This document shows, one piece after another, positions 18,798 to 28,200 of a stretch of DNA of 64,000 bases; the first letter of the stretch is position 1, and each line of letters starts with the position of its first letter. The position numbers were made by a program, and so were the translations under genes. A model generated the notes under the pieces. It was not told the DNA's origin. It ran no database searches and saw only the letters and a list, made by a program, of their open reading frames with translations. Origin of the DNA: an uncultured virus (IMG/VR IMGVR_UViG_3300037963_002172) (Duplodnaviria > Heunggongvirae > Uroviricota > Caudoviricetes); the IMG/VR virus record IMGVR_UViG_3300037963_002172; one strand, given 5' to 3'.

Positions 18798-19898
18798 ATG
18801 GAATTAAAAGTAAAAGAAGTGGTTAAGGTTGAAAAATCTCAAGCCCAAGTAGAAGAAGAACTACTAAAACAAAACGAAGAAAAACAAGCTGCATTAGAAG
18901 AAGCAGCAGAACAACCAGCAGAACAAACAGAAGCTGTAAGCGAACCTGTTCAAGAAGAAAAGAAAGAACTTGATGACCAAACAGTTTTAGACTATATAAG
19001 AAAAAGATACGATAAGCCAATTGAATCATTTGATGATTTAATGGCAAAGCGAGAATCAGAGGAAGAACTTCCAGAAGATGTAGCAGCGTATTTTAAATAT
19101 AAAAAGGAAACAGGTCGAGGAATCGAAGATTATGCAAAACTTAATCGAGATTTTGATGAACTGAATCCTGACACATTGCTAGCTGAATATTATTTAGCTA
19201 ATGAAGAAGCTATAGACTCGGAAGATGTTGAAGCCCTTTTGGATGACTTTACGTACGATGAAGAAGTAGATGAAGAAAAGGTAATTAAAAAAAGAAAGCT
19301 AGCAAAGAAAAGAGAAATTGTTAAAGCTAAGAAATTCTTTAACGAGCAGAAAGATAAATATAAACAGCCACTTGAGTCAAGAACGGATGTTGTATCAGAG
19401 AAAGCTCAAAAAGAATTAGAAGAGTATAGACAATATATTGATGATGCAAAAACGCAGAAAGAAGTACAACAAAAAAAGTACGACTGGTTTGCGAAAAAGA
19501 CAGATGAGGTGTTTTCCAATGAATTCAAAGGTTTTGAGTTTAAGTTAGGTGAAAATAGCGTAATGTATAATCCAGGCGATGTCAATGAATTAAAAAAGTC
19601 TCAGTCAAATATTATGAACTTTGTTCAAAAATATTTAGGCGAAGATGGTTTAATGAAAGATGCCACTGGATATCATAAAGCGTTATCATTAGCAATGAAC
19701 CCTGAAAAGTTCGCCCAGTTCTTTTATGAGCAGGGAAAAGCTGAAGCAATCGAAAGTGATGCACGTAAAACAAAAAATATAAATATGAATTTACGTTCAG
19801 CACCAGAAGTAGTTTCAAAAGGGGGAATGAAAATGAGAACTGTTAATAATGATTCTGGAAACAGATTAAGAATTAAAAGTTCTAGATTTAAAAATTAA
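18798..19898 (+). CDS. Capsid scaffolding protein
   Basis: Acidic and helical; lies between portal and capsid genes. Confidence 0.7.
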   Translation: MELKVKEVVKVEKSQAQVEEELLKQNEEKQAALEEAAEQPAEQTEAVSEPVQEEKKELDDQTVLDYIRKRYDKPIESFDDLMAKRESEEELPEDVAAYFKYKKETGRGIEDYAKLNRDFDELNPDTLLAEYYLANEEAIDSEDVEALLDDFTYDEEVDEEKVIKKRKLAKKREIVKAKKFFNEQKDKYKQPLESRTDVVSEKAQKELEEYRQYIDDAKTQKEVQQKKYDWFAKKTDEVFSNEFKGFEFKLGENSVMYNPGDVNELKKSQSNIMNFVQKYLGEDGLMKDATGYHKALSLAMNPEKFAQFFYEQGKAEAIESDARKTKNINMNLRSAPEVVSKGGMKMRTVNNDSGNRLRIKSSRFKN

Positions 19899-19926
19899 TT
19901 ATTAAACTTAAAAAAAATTAGAAATT

Positions 19927-21372
19927 ATGCCAGGAAGTATTGAAACAGGTGGATTGTTAAATTTTCAGTTGCAGCCAAGTGCACAACAGATTACAACGTC
20001 CACTAATTACATTACCAACTTCGATTTCTTGAGTACTTATCTTCCAGATACTTACGAAAAAGAATTCGAACGTTACGGAAACAGAACTGTATCTTCATTC
20101 TTAAGAATGGTAGGTGCAGAAATGCCTTCTAACTCAGATAAAATTATTTGGGCGGAGCAAGGTAGATTACACGTAAAATATACAGGAGTAACATCAGGTG
20201 CAGCAGCAGCACAAGACACAGCAACGTGGACAGTTCCAGCAGGGCAAATCGTACCAGGTCAGCAGCCACAAACGGGTGCAGCTGGAGGAATTGCAATAAG
20301 AATTGGTCACACTGTTATGATATCTGACTCTACGCCAGGTTCGACTTTCTCGAACAAAGCGATTGTTACAGCTGTTAACTATGCTAACAGAACATTTGAC
20401 GTAGCTTATTATGAAGCTGGTGGTCAAACTATGGCAGCAGGAGTTGACTGTGATGTATTTATTTACGGTTCAGAATTTAGAAAAGGACAGGCTTCTATGC
20501 CAGAAACTTTAATCTCTGATGATTCTATATTCAACAATTCACCAATTATCTTAAAAGATACTTACAAAGTGAATGGTTCAGATATGGCCCAAATCGGATG
20601 GATTGAAGTAAGTGGTGAAGACGGAGCAAGTGGTTACCTATGGTACCTAAAGTCTGAGCACGACACAAGATTACGTTTTGACGATTACTTAGAAACAGCT
20701 ATGGTGGAAGCAGTTCCAGCAGAAGCAGCATCAGGTGCTATTGCAGCAACTGGTATTGTAGGTAACAAAGGTTCAGAAGGTATCTTCCACGTAGTGGGAA
20801 CTAGAGGAAATGTATGGTCAGGTGGAAACCCAACTGTATTATCTGATTTCGATTCAATTATCGAAAGATTAGATAAGCAAGGTTCTATTGAAGAGAATGT
20901 ATTATTCTTAAATAGACAATTTGGTTTTGACATTGATGATATGTTAGCTTCACAAAACTCTTATGGAAACGGTGGTTCTTCTTACGGTCTATTTGACAAT
21001 GACGAAGAAATGGCGTTGAACCTAGGATTCAGAGGTTTCAGAAGAGGTTATGACTTTTACAAGTCTGACTGGAAATACCTAAATGACCCTACAATGAGAG
21101 GTGGACTAGTAGCAGGTGCAATTAATGGTTTAATGGTACCAGCAGGTTCAACTACTGTATATGACCAAATTTTAGGTAGAAATGCTAAGAGACCATTCTT
21201 ACACGTTAGATATAGAGCTTCAGAAACTGAAGATAGAAGATATAAAACGTGGATTACTGGAGGAGCAGGAGGAGCAGCTACGTCTGATGTAGACGTAATG
21301 TCTGTTAACTTCTTATCTGAAAGATGTGTATGTACATTAGGTGCAAACAACTTCTTCTTATTCAAATCATAA
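19927..21372 (+). CDS. Major capsid protein
   Basis: 481 aa after the scaffold; high-expression codon usage; followed by a terminator. Confidence 0.85.
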   Translation: MPGSIETGGLLNFQLQPSAQQITTSTNYITNFDFLSTYLPDTYEKEFERYGNRTVSSFLRMVGAEMPSNSDKIIWAEQGRLHVKYTGVTSGAAAAQDTATWTVPAGQIVPGQQPQTGAAGGIAIRIGHTVMISDSTPGSTFSNKAIVTAVNYANRTFDVAYYEAGGQTMAAGVDCDVFIYGSEFRKGQASMPETLISDDSIFNNSPIILKDTYKVNGSDMAQIGWIEVSGEDGASGYLWYLKSEHDTRLRFDDYLETAMVEAVPAEAASGAIAATGIVGNKGSEGIFHVVGTRGNVWSGGNPTVLSDFDSIIERLDKQGSIEENVLFLNRQFGFDIDDMLASQNSYGNGGSSYGLFDNDEEMALNLGFRGFRRGYDFYKSDWKYLNDPTMRGGLVAGAINGLMVPAGSTTVYDQILGRNAKRPFLHVRYRASETEDRRYKTWITGGAGGAATSDVDVMSVNFLSERCVCTLGANNFFLFKS

Positions 21373-21386
21373 GAAGTATATAAATA

Positions 21387-21418
21387 AAGGGAGGGGACTA
21401 TCTCCTCCCTTATTTTTT
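21387..21418 (+). terminator. Intrinsic terminator
   Basis: AAGGGAGGGGA-ctat-CTCCTCCCTT hairpin plus T-tract after the capsid gene. Confidence 0.8.
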
Positions 21419-21440
21419 AATCTAATTAAATTTAAATAAA

Positions 21441-22175
21441 ATGAAAAATAAAAAACTTAAAAACGAGACTTATGTCTTAACGAACGGAGAATCTCCGTTA
21501 TCTTATATGTTAGCGTCTCATCATAACAAAAGAAATACACTACTGTATTGGGATGAGGAAAAACAAGTTAATAGAGAACTTTGTTACGCTAAAAATCAAA
21601 AATCAATTTTTGCTGATGAACAAGATGGTAATAAAATTTTAGAGCCAATTGTTTTTGAAGATGGTATGTTAAATGTTCCATCTACTAACCCTATGTTACA
21701 AATGTTCTTAGAGTTTCACCCAGGATACAATAAAATATTTAGAAAAGTAAATACAGAAAGAGACGCAAGAGAAGATGTGGAAGTATTAAATGCTCAAGTA
21801 GATGCGTTGGTAGAAGCTAGAAGTATGTCCCTAGCACAAATGGAAAATGTAGGTAGAGTATTGTTTAATACCGATGTTAGCAAAATTTCTACAGCTGAAT
21901 TAAAAAGAGACATATTGGTATTTGCAAAGAATGAGCCTGAAACATTTTTAGATGTTATTGGTGACCCTATGTTAAAATTAATGGCTAAAGTTCAAGCATT
22001 CTTTGATGATGGACATTTAATGATGAAAAAACAAAATGTTCACTTTAACACAAAAACTAATAAAAAGAGAATGATGACTGTTCCTTTTGGAGAAAATAAA
22101 AATGAAATTATAGCTCATTATTTAAAATCTGATGATGGAATAGAAACATTAAAGTTTTTAGAAAAATTAAAGTAA
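21441..22175 (+). CDS. Hypothetical protein downstream of the capsid gene
   Basis: ORF track. Confidence 0.8.
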   Translation: MKNKKLKNETYVLTNGESPLSYMLASHHNKRNTLLYWDEEKQVNRELCYAKNQKSIFADEQDGNKILEPIVFEDGMLNVPSTNPMLQMFLEFHPGYNKIFRKVNTERDAREDVEVLNAQVDALVEARSMSLAQMENVGRVLFNTDVSKISTAELKRDILVFAKNEPETFLDVIGDPMLKLMAKVQAFFDDGHLMMKKQNVHFNTKTNKKRMMTVPFGENKNEIIAHYLKSDDGIETLKFLEKLK

Positions 22176-22204
22176 TCGATGTGCAGGCAACACATTTTAA
22201 TAGG

Positions 22205-22238
22205 AAGAGAGACTGCTTAAAGTAGTCTCTTTTTTTTT
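22205..22238 (+). terminator. Intrinsic terminator followed by a -7 promoter (22242-22249)
   Basis: AGAGACTGC-ttaaa-GTAGTCTCT plus long T-tract, then TATCTTTG. Confidence 0.8.
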
Positions 22239-22279
22239 GGTTATCTTTGTACTTTATTAACCTTAATTATATTATTATT

Positions 22280-22606
22280 ATGGAAAAATTTTTAAGTATT
22301 CCTGTAACAAACGAAGGCAACCAACTAGTTTCTTGCAACGATGTTAAATGTGTAGAAATTGGTGACGAAAACGGAGCAAACTTAACAACACACGTAGCTA
22401 TATTTTATGGCTCGGGTAAAGTAGTTGATATAACTTTTACACCTGCTGTTGCTGGTGGTAGTGTAGCTATGAGAACAAGTGTACAAGATGCACTAGAAGC
22501 AGCATTGTCTACTTCTTGGGTAAATGTAGCTTATGATTACCAACCAAGCGTAGTGTCAAACACTGCTGCAACAATGGTGTCAATTAGTGGTATAGATATA
22601 TCGTAA
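22280..22606 (+). CDS. MEKFL-family paralogue 1 (probable virion protein)
   Basis: ATG at 22280 preferred because the track start lies in the promoter; homologous to the next two genes. Confidence 0.7.
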   Translation: MEKFLSIPVTNEGNQLVSCNDVKCVEIGDENGANLTTHVAIFYGSGKVVDITFTPAVAGGSVAMRTSVQDALEAALSTSWVNVAYDYQPSVVSNTAATMVSISGIDIS

Positions 22607-22634
22607 TTTATTAATCTTATTATTATTATTTATT

Positions 22635-22922
22635 ATGGAAAAATTTTTAAAAGTAAATGTTGAAAGTGCTGGTGGGCCTACCCAACTAGTGTCTATTAAA
22701 GACTTAAAACTTATAGAGCAGCCAACCACTACAACAGTGACATTGGCATATGGAAGTGGCAAAGTTATAACTCTAACCTGGCCAAATGGCGAGTCAGAGC
22801 CTGCATTACTTAATTCAGTACAAAATGCAGTAAAAGAAGCTTTAGCTTTAGGATGGACAGAGGTAGCAGTACCTTATGTACCAAAGAATGATGGGTATTT
22901 AACTGGATTAGCAATCGCATAA
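22635..22922 (+). CDS. MEKFL-family paralogue 2
   Basis: QLVS..D.K..E, YGSGKV and SVQ.A...AL...W..VA motifs shared with paralogue 1. Confidence 0.7.
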   Translation: MEKFLKVNVESAGGPTQLVSIKDLKLIEQPTTTTVTLAYGSGKVITLTWPNGESEPALLNSVQNAVKEALALGWTEVAVPYVPKNDGYLTGLAIA

Positions 22923-23546
22923 ATGTATAAAGAAATGGAAAAATATTTAGAAGTAAATGTAGCTAAAGAAGTCGATAAAGGACAAGCTACATCAGATGGG
23001 ACTGGTTCAGGAAATGGGCCTAACAAATTAAATGACTCAGGTGCAACTTTTACAGCTAGTGTAGCTGTTGGTGACTGGGTTTATGTATATGCAGTAAATG
23101 GTACGCCACAAGCGTCTCCACACTTGTATCAAGTAGCTGCTGTATCTAGCAACACAGAGCTTAGTTTAACACCAAGAGGTGCTACTGCTGGGCAAGGAAC
23201 TGGAGTTGTAAACCAAGGTGATTATATAATCTACTCAAACACTGTAGGAAATAATCAAATGATATCTTGTTCGAACGTAGCATTAGTAGAAAACTTAGCT
23301 TCAAGTACAGCAAATATTTTATTTGATGTTCAATATGGTGGTGCATCAGGAATTAAATGTAGACTATTATATGGATACAGTGATACTGCGGCAGCTAATG
23401 AAGAAATGAGAAATGGGTTTCAATCAGCAATGGTTCAAGCGAATCAGCAAAACTGGCCAGAAGCTACCGCTGTATGGTTAGATAGAGAGAGCAATGCTGG
23501 AGTAAGCTCACCAATGTATAGAGTATTAGACATATTCAAAGTTTAA
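22923..23546 (+). CDS. MEKFL-family paralogue 3 with inserted module
   Basis: MEKYL at 22935; about 95-aa insert; QMISCSNV..VE resumes the homology. Confidence 0.7.
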   Translation: MYKEMEKYLEVNVAKEVDKGQATSDGTGSGNGPNKLNDSGATFTASVAVGDWVYVYAVNGTPQASPHLYQVAAVSSNTELSLTPRGATAGQGTGVVNQGDYIIYSNTVGNNQMISCSNVALVENLASSTANILFDVQYGGASGIKCRLLYGYSDTAAANEEMRNGFQSAMVQANQQNWPEATAVWLDRESNAGVSSPMYRVLDIFKV

Positions 23547-23564
23547 TTAAACTCACTAAATTAG

Positions 23565-23599
23565 AAGAGGTTACAAAAAAAAGTAACCTCTTTTTTTTT
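23565..23599 (+). terminator. Intrinsic terminator followed by a -7 promoter (23603-23610)
   Basis: AAGAGGTTAC-a8-GTAACCTCTT plus T-tract, then TATCTTTG. Confidence 0.85.
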
Positions 23600-23625
23600 A
23601 CTTATCTTTGTAGAAAGAATACGCA

Positions 23626-24345
23626 ATGATTAACTCTGTAAGAAATACTGTTTTAGCTATTTTAAATAAAAATAATTACGGATATATTTCTCCTAATGAT
23701 TTTAATTTATACGCAAAACAAGCTCAGCTTGATTTGTTTGAAGATTTGTTTTATGAATATAATTATCAACTGATAAAAGAAAACGCAAGACAGTCTGGAA
23801 CTGGTTATGCAAATATTTCTAAAGGTATACTTGAAACTATAGATTTGTTTTCGGTTACTGCACCCTTAGCTCACGTAGCTAATAATACTTATACAATGCC
23901 AGTAAACTATTATTTAATAAACAAAGTGTTGGCATATGATGCAGCGGGCACAACATTAACGGGAGAAGCAGAGCGTGTGAGTCATAGTAAAATTACTTTA
24001 CTAAATTCATCTAACTTGACTGCACCTACTACTACTTATCCTGCGTATACTACAGAAGGACAAACATTAACAGTATTTCCTGCAACTATAAATGTAGCGG
24101 GACAATTACAAGCACAATATATCAGATACCCTTTAGACCCTCAGTGGACGTATTTAAATATTACAGGTGGTGAGCCTGTGTTTGACGCTTCATCTACTTC
24201 ATATCAAAACTTTGAATTACCAAATGATTATGAGCCAGATTTAGTAAACAAAATATTACAATACGCAGGAGTATCGATTAGAGAATCAGCAGTAGTTCAA
24301 TATGCAAATACAGCTGAAATTAATGATAACGCAAAAGAACAGTAA
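23626..24345 (+). CDS. Head-tail adaptor / tail ring protein
   Basis: Position; L.ILNK...GYISP..FN..A..AQ N-terminus typical of ring/adaptor proteins. Confidence 0.6.
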   Translation: MINSVRNTVLAILNKNNYGYISPNDFNLYAKQAQLDLFEDLFYEYNYQLIKENARQSGTGYANISKGILETIDLFSVTAPLAHVANNTYTMPVNYYLINKVLAYDAAGTTLTGEAERVSHSKITLLNSSNLTAPTTTYPAYTTEGQTLTVFPATINVAGQLQAQYIRYPLDPQWTYLNITGGEPVFDASSTSYQNFELPNDYEPDLVNKILQYAGVSIRESAVVQYANTAEINDNAKEQ

Positions 24346-25268
24346 TGCCATATTTAAACGGATATCAATATTATACGAATAGTAATACTAACCCTACAGA
24401 TGCAAATTGGGGTTCGTATCAGTATGTGAGTTTGGCTGAAATAGTTAATAATTTTTTATTAATGTATAACGGCAATCATTCATTAGTTAATAATGAAGAA
24501 AGATATAAAATCTTATTTCACGCAAAACGTGCTATTCAAGAATTAAATTATGATGCGTTTAAAGAAATTAAAGCATTAGAATTAAATGTAGGTGAAACGT
24601 TAAGATTTATATTGCCACCTGATTATGTAAACTGGGTTCGTATTTCAATGTTTAAAGATGGTGTGCTTAGACCATTAACTGAAAACATTCAAATAAATAC
24701 AGCATCCGCCTATTTACAAGATAATGATTCAAATATATTGTTTGACCAAAATGGAGACATATTACAGCCTGAACATTCTACTTTAGATTTTGACAGAATA
24801 AAAGGTACAGACAAAACTATGTATTTAAATCAAGGACACGCCTTTGATGGATTAATGGGTTGGTGTTATAATGGATGCTGGTACTTTGATTTACCAATAG
24901 CAAGTCACTATGGATTAAATACTGAAACCGCTAATGCTAATCCAACTTTTAATATTGACAAAAAAGCAGGGGTAATAACATTTAGTTCTAATATAAAAGA
25001 AGAATTAGTTATAGTAGAATATATCTCTGATGGTATGGAGGGTGGTGTTGATTCAGAAGTAAGTGTAAATAAACTTTTTGAAGAATATGTGTATGCTTAC
25101 ATTCAGTACGCTATACTTAATGCAAAACAAGGTGTACAGGAATTTATAGTTAATCGTGCTAGAAAAAACAAATCAGCTTTATTAAGAAACGCTAAAATAA
25201 GAATGAGTAATATTCATCCAGGTCGTTTGTTAATGAATATGAGAGGTAAAGACAAGTGGATAAAATAA
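24345..25268 (+). CDS. Tail ring / structural protein
   Basis: Position; LPPDYVNWVRI adaptor-like motif. Confidence 0.6.
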   Translation: MPYLNGYQYYTNSNTNPTDANWGSYQYVSLAEIVNNFLLMYNGNHSLVNNEERYKILFHAKRAIQELNYDAFKEIKALELNVGETLRFILPPDYVNWVRISMFKDGVLRPLTENIQINTASAYLQDNDSNILFDQNGDILQPEHSTLDFDRIKGTDKTMYLNQGHAFDGLMGWCYNGCWYFDLPIASHYGLNTETANANPTFNIDKKAGVITFSSNIKEELVIVEYISDGMEGGVDSEVSVNKLFEEYVYAYIQYAILNAKQGVQEFIVNRARKNKSALLRNAKIRMSNIHPGRLLMNMRGKDKWIK

Positions 25269-25269
25269 A

Positions 25270-28200
25270 ATGGCTAAAACTACAAGAAATTTTATACAAG
25301 GCAGAATGAATAAAAGCGTTGATGAACGACTCGTTCCTCAAGGCGAATATATCCACGCACAAAATGTAAGACTAGGTTCTACTGAAAATTCTGAAATAGG
25401 TTCAGTTGAAAACTCAAAAGGAAATGAACTACTAGTAACCCCAAGATTTAATGGTACCGCACACGCTTGGCAATGTTTAGGTTGTTATGCCGACTCTGCA
25501 AATGAAACTATATATTGGTTTATACACGCTTCATTAACTGGTGTAGGTGCTACTTCAAAAATGGATATGATTGTTTCTTATAACACTCTTACCCAAGTAG
25601 AAACTAACCATATAGTTAGTATAGATGATGGAGGAGGAAGCAATACAACTTTAAATTTCAATCCAACGTATTTAATTAATGGAGTAAATAAGGTTGATAA
25701 TTTGTTATTTTTTACAGATAACTTTAACCCTCCTAGATTTATAGACGTTGATGCAAGATATGCACTACCTTCGGGTAATATAGATGGGTTTAACGCTGAA
25801 GATATTTTAGTTATAAAAAAACCTCCTGTTGCAGCTCCTACGTTAGAGTTGTTTGATACAGCTGAAGAAGAAACATATTTAGAAGAAAGATTTATTTGTT
25901 TTGCTTACAGATACAGATATGCAAACAATGAATACTCAGCTACGTCTCAATGGACTTTACCAGCTTTTACCCCACAAACTTTTAATTTAAGTTTAGAAAG
26001 CACATTGAATGAAGGAATGGTAAATCAATTTAATGCTTGTAGAATATCCTATAACACAGGTAGTTCTTTGGTAAAAGAAATACAAATATTATTTAAAGAA
26101 TCAGATAGTAACACTATAAAAGTAATTGAATCTTTTAATAAGCAGGAATTAGGTTTTGGAGACAACAACATACAAACAGTATTATTTGACAACAGTAAAA
26201 TATTTACTATTCTTGCTGATTCTGAAATATTAAGATTATACGATAACGTTCCGTTATTAGCAAAAGCCCAAACAATAATGGGTAATCGTTTAATGTATGG
26301 AAATTATTATGAAGGTTATGATTTAGTCAACAGTGCTGGCAATAGCATTGTTTTTGATTATATCGCTGATTTAGTTTCTGTAAATATTCAACGCTCTGAA
26401 TTAAATACGGCTACCACATCATCAACTTATAATATAGATTGTACTAGTGGTTCACCTGCTTCAGTCAGTGTTGGAAATTCATTATTAACTACACACTTGA
26501 CTGATGACGGATTATCTACAGGAGACCCATTAGATTTAAAAGCTAACTCTATATTAGAATTTGAAATTGAATTTCAACACTCTATTTACGGTGGAAATAC
26601 TAGCGGTAGTTTTTCAGCTCCCACAACTACAACTCCACAAACTAACTTAACAATAAGTTTTGTTTTACCAAGAGATTATACAAGTGCGTTTGATTTAGGA
26701 ACCAGTGAAGAATTTCTTGCATTTATGGGTAATCCTTTAAATATTCAAACAGTAGCAAATTGTGCGTCAGGTATTACTATGACAGATGAATTCAATTGTT
26801 CATTGCCAGCACAACAATCTGGTGCCTCTGGGGGTAGTAATACAACCTTAAGTAAATGTTGGAGCGGAACTCAAGACTTGTCTTGTAGCGGTAATACTAC
26901 CAGTCCGTTTTCTACTCAATTTGCCACGTTAGGTGTTTCGACTGACAACACTAGTTCTACATTCTTAGGTATTCAGCTTATGGCAATGGCTTACACAGAT
27001 ACTTGTCCTCAAACAGGAGGTAGTGTAGCGACACAAGTAGTTTATGAGTATTATGAAATAGTTTTATCGCAAGCTTCTTTTCAAAGCACGGTTCGTACTG
27101 GCAGTTTAAAAAGTAACAGAAATTACGAAGCAGCAATAGTGTATATGGATGAATTTAATAGAAGTTCTACCCCTATCGTAAGTGCGTTTAACACAGTTGC
27201 CGTACCTTGCTCAGCAGCTCCTAACAAAAATAGTATAAAAATTACTATACCTTCTACAATGAATCCGCCAAGCTGGGCTACTACTTATAAGTTTGTGGTA
27301 CAGCCTGATAGGTCTACATATCATACTATATACAGTAATTTGTTTTTTAAAGACCCGAATACAACAAGAGTATGGTTTTTATTAGAAGGAGAAAATGCAC
27401 AAAAAGTAGAAAAAGGAGATAGGCTAATTGTAAAGAGAGATACAAATGGAGCAACAACTAATTGTATATATACAACGGTATTAGAAAAAGAAGTTCAAAT
27501 ACAAGACTTTATTAAAATACCTATAGCGGGGACATCACCAGTTTTATATGAAAGTATACCACCAGGTGCCTATGTAGCATTAACACCAACTAATTGGGCG
27601 GCAAATGTGTCTGAAAACACAATTTTTAACCCAGGGACAGCAGGTTTTAAAAGTGATTGTAATTTTTTATCAAACCCCTCTATCGCTAGTTGTTGTGGCC
27701 CAGATGGTTATTATGTATTGAGTGTATTCGACCAAACAGTTTCTACACCTTCAAATACTAGCCCACAATATAAAGATGTAGATATTCCACAAGGAAGTAC
27801 TATTAATATGTCTTTCGAGTTTAAACGTAGAGGCCCAGGCGATGGAAATAGAAACTGCGAAAGAGTTATATATAATTTAGAATTAAAAAATCTAGTATCT
27901 CAAAACAATTACGCTAACTTTTATGATTGGTTTACAGGAGATAATATTGAGTCTTTATTAAATACAGGAGCTTGGGAGGTTGGAGATAGTGGTGCTGATG
28001 GAAGCTTTCAGCTTATAGATTGGCCAGTAACTGGTGAACCAATTTATTATGGAGACACCGCTACTTTATGTCAGACAGTTCAAACGGTTACAAACTCATC
28101 AGTTATGGGCGAGGCTGTCAAAGATTTTAAAATGATGTTTTTCCGTGTAAACAATGCTGCGGGAAATGCAAACTCTGATAATAGGTTGGGTATGTTTGTA

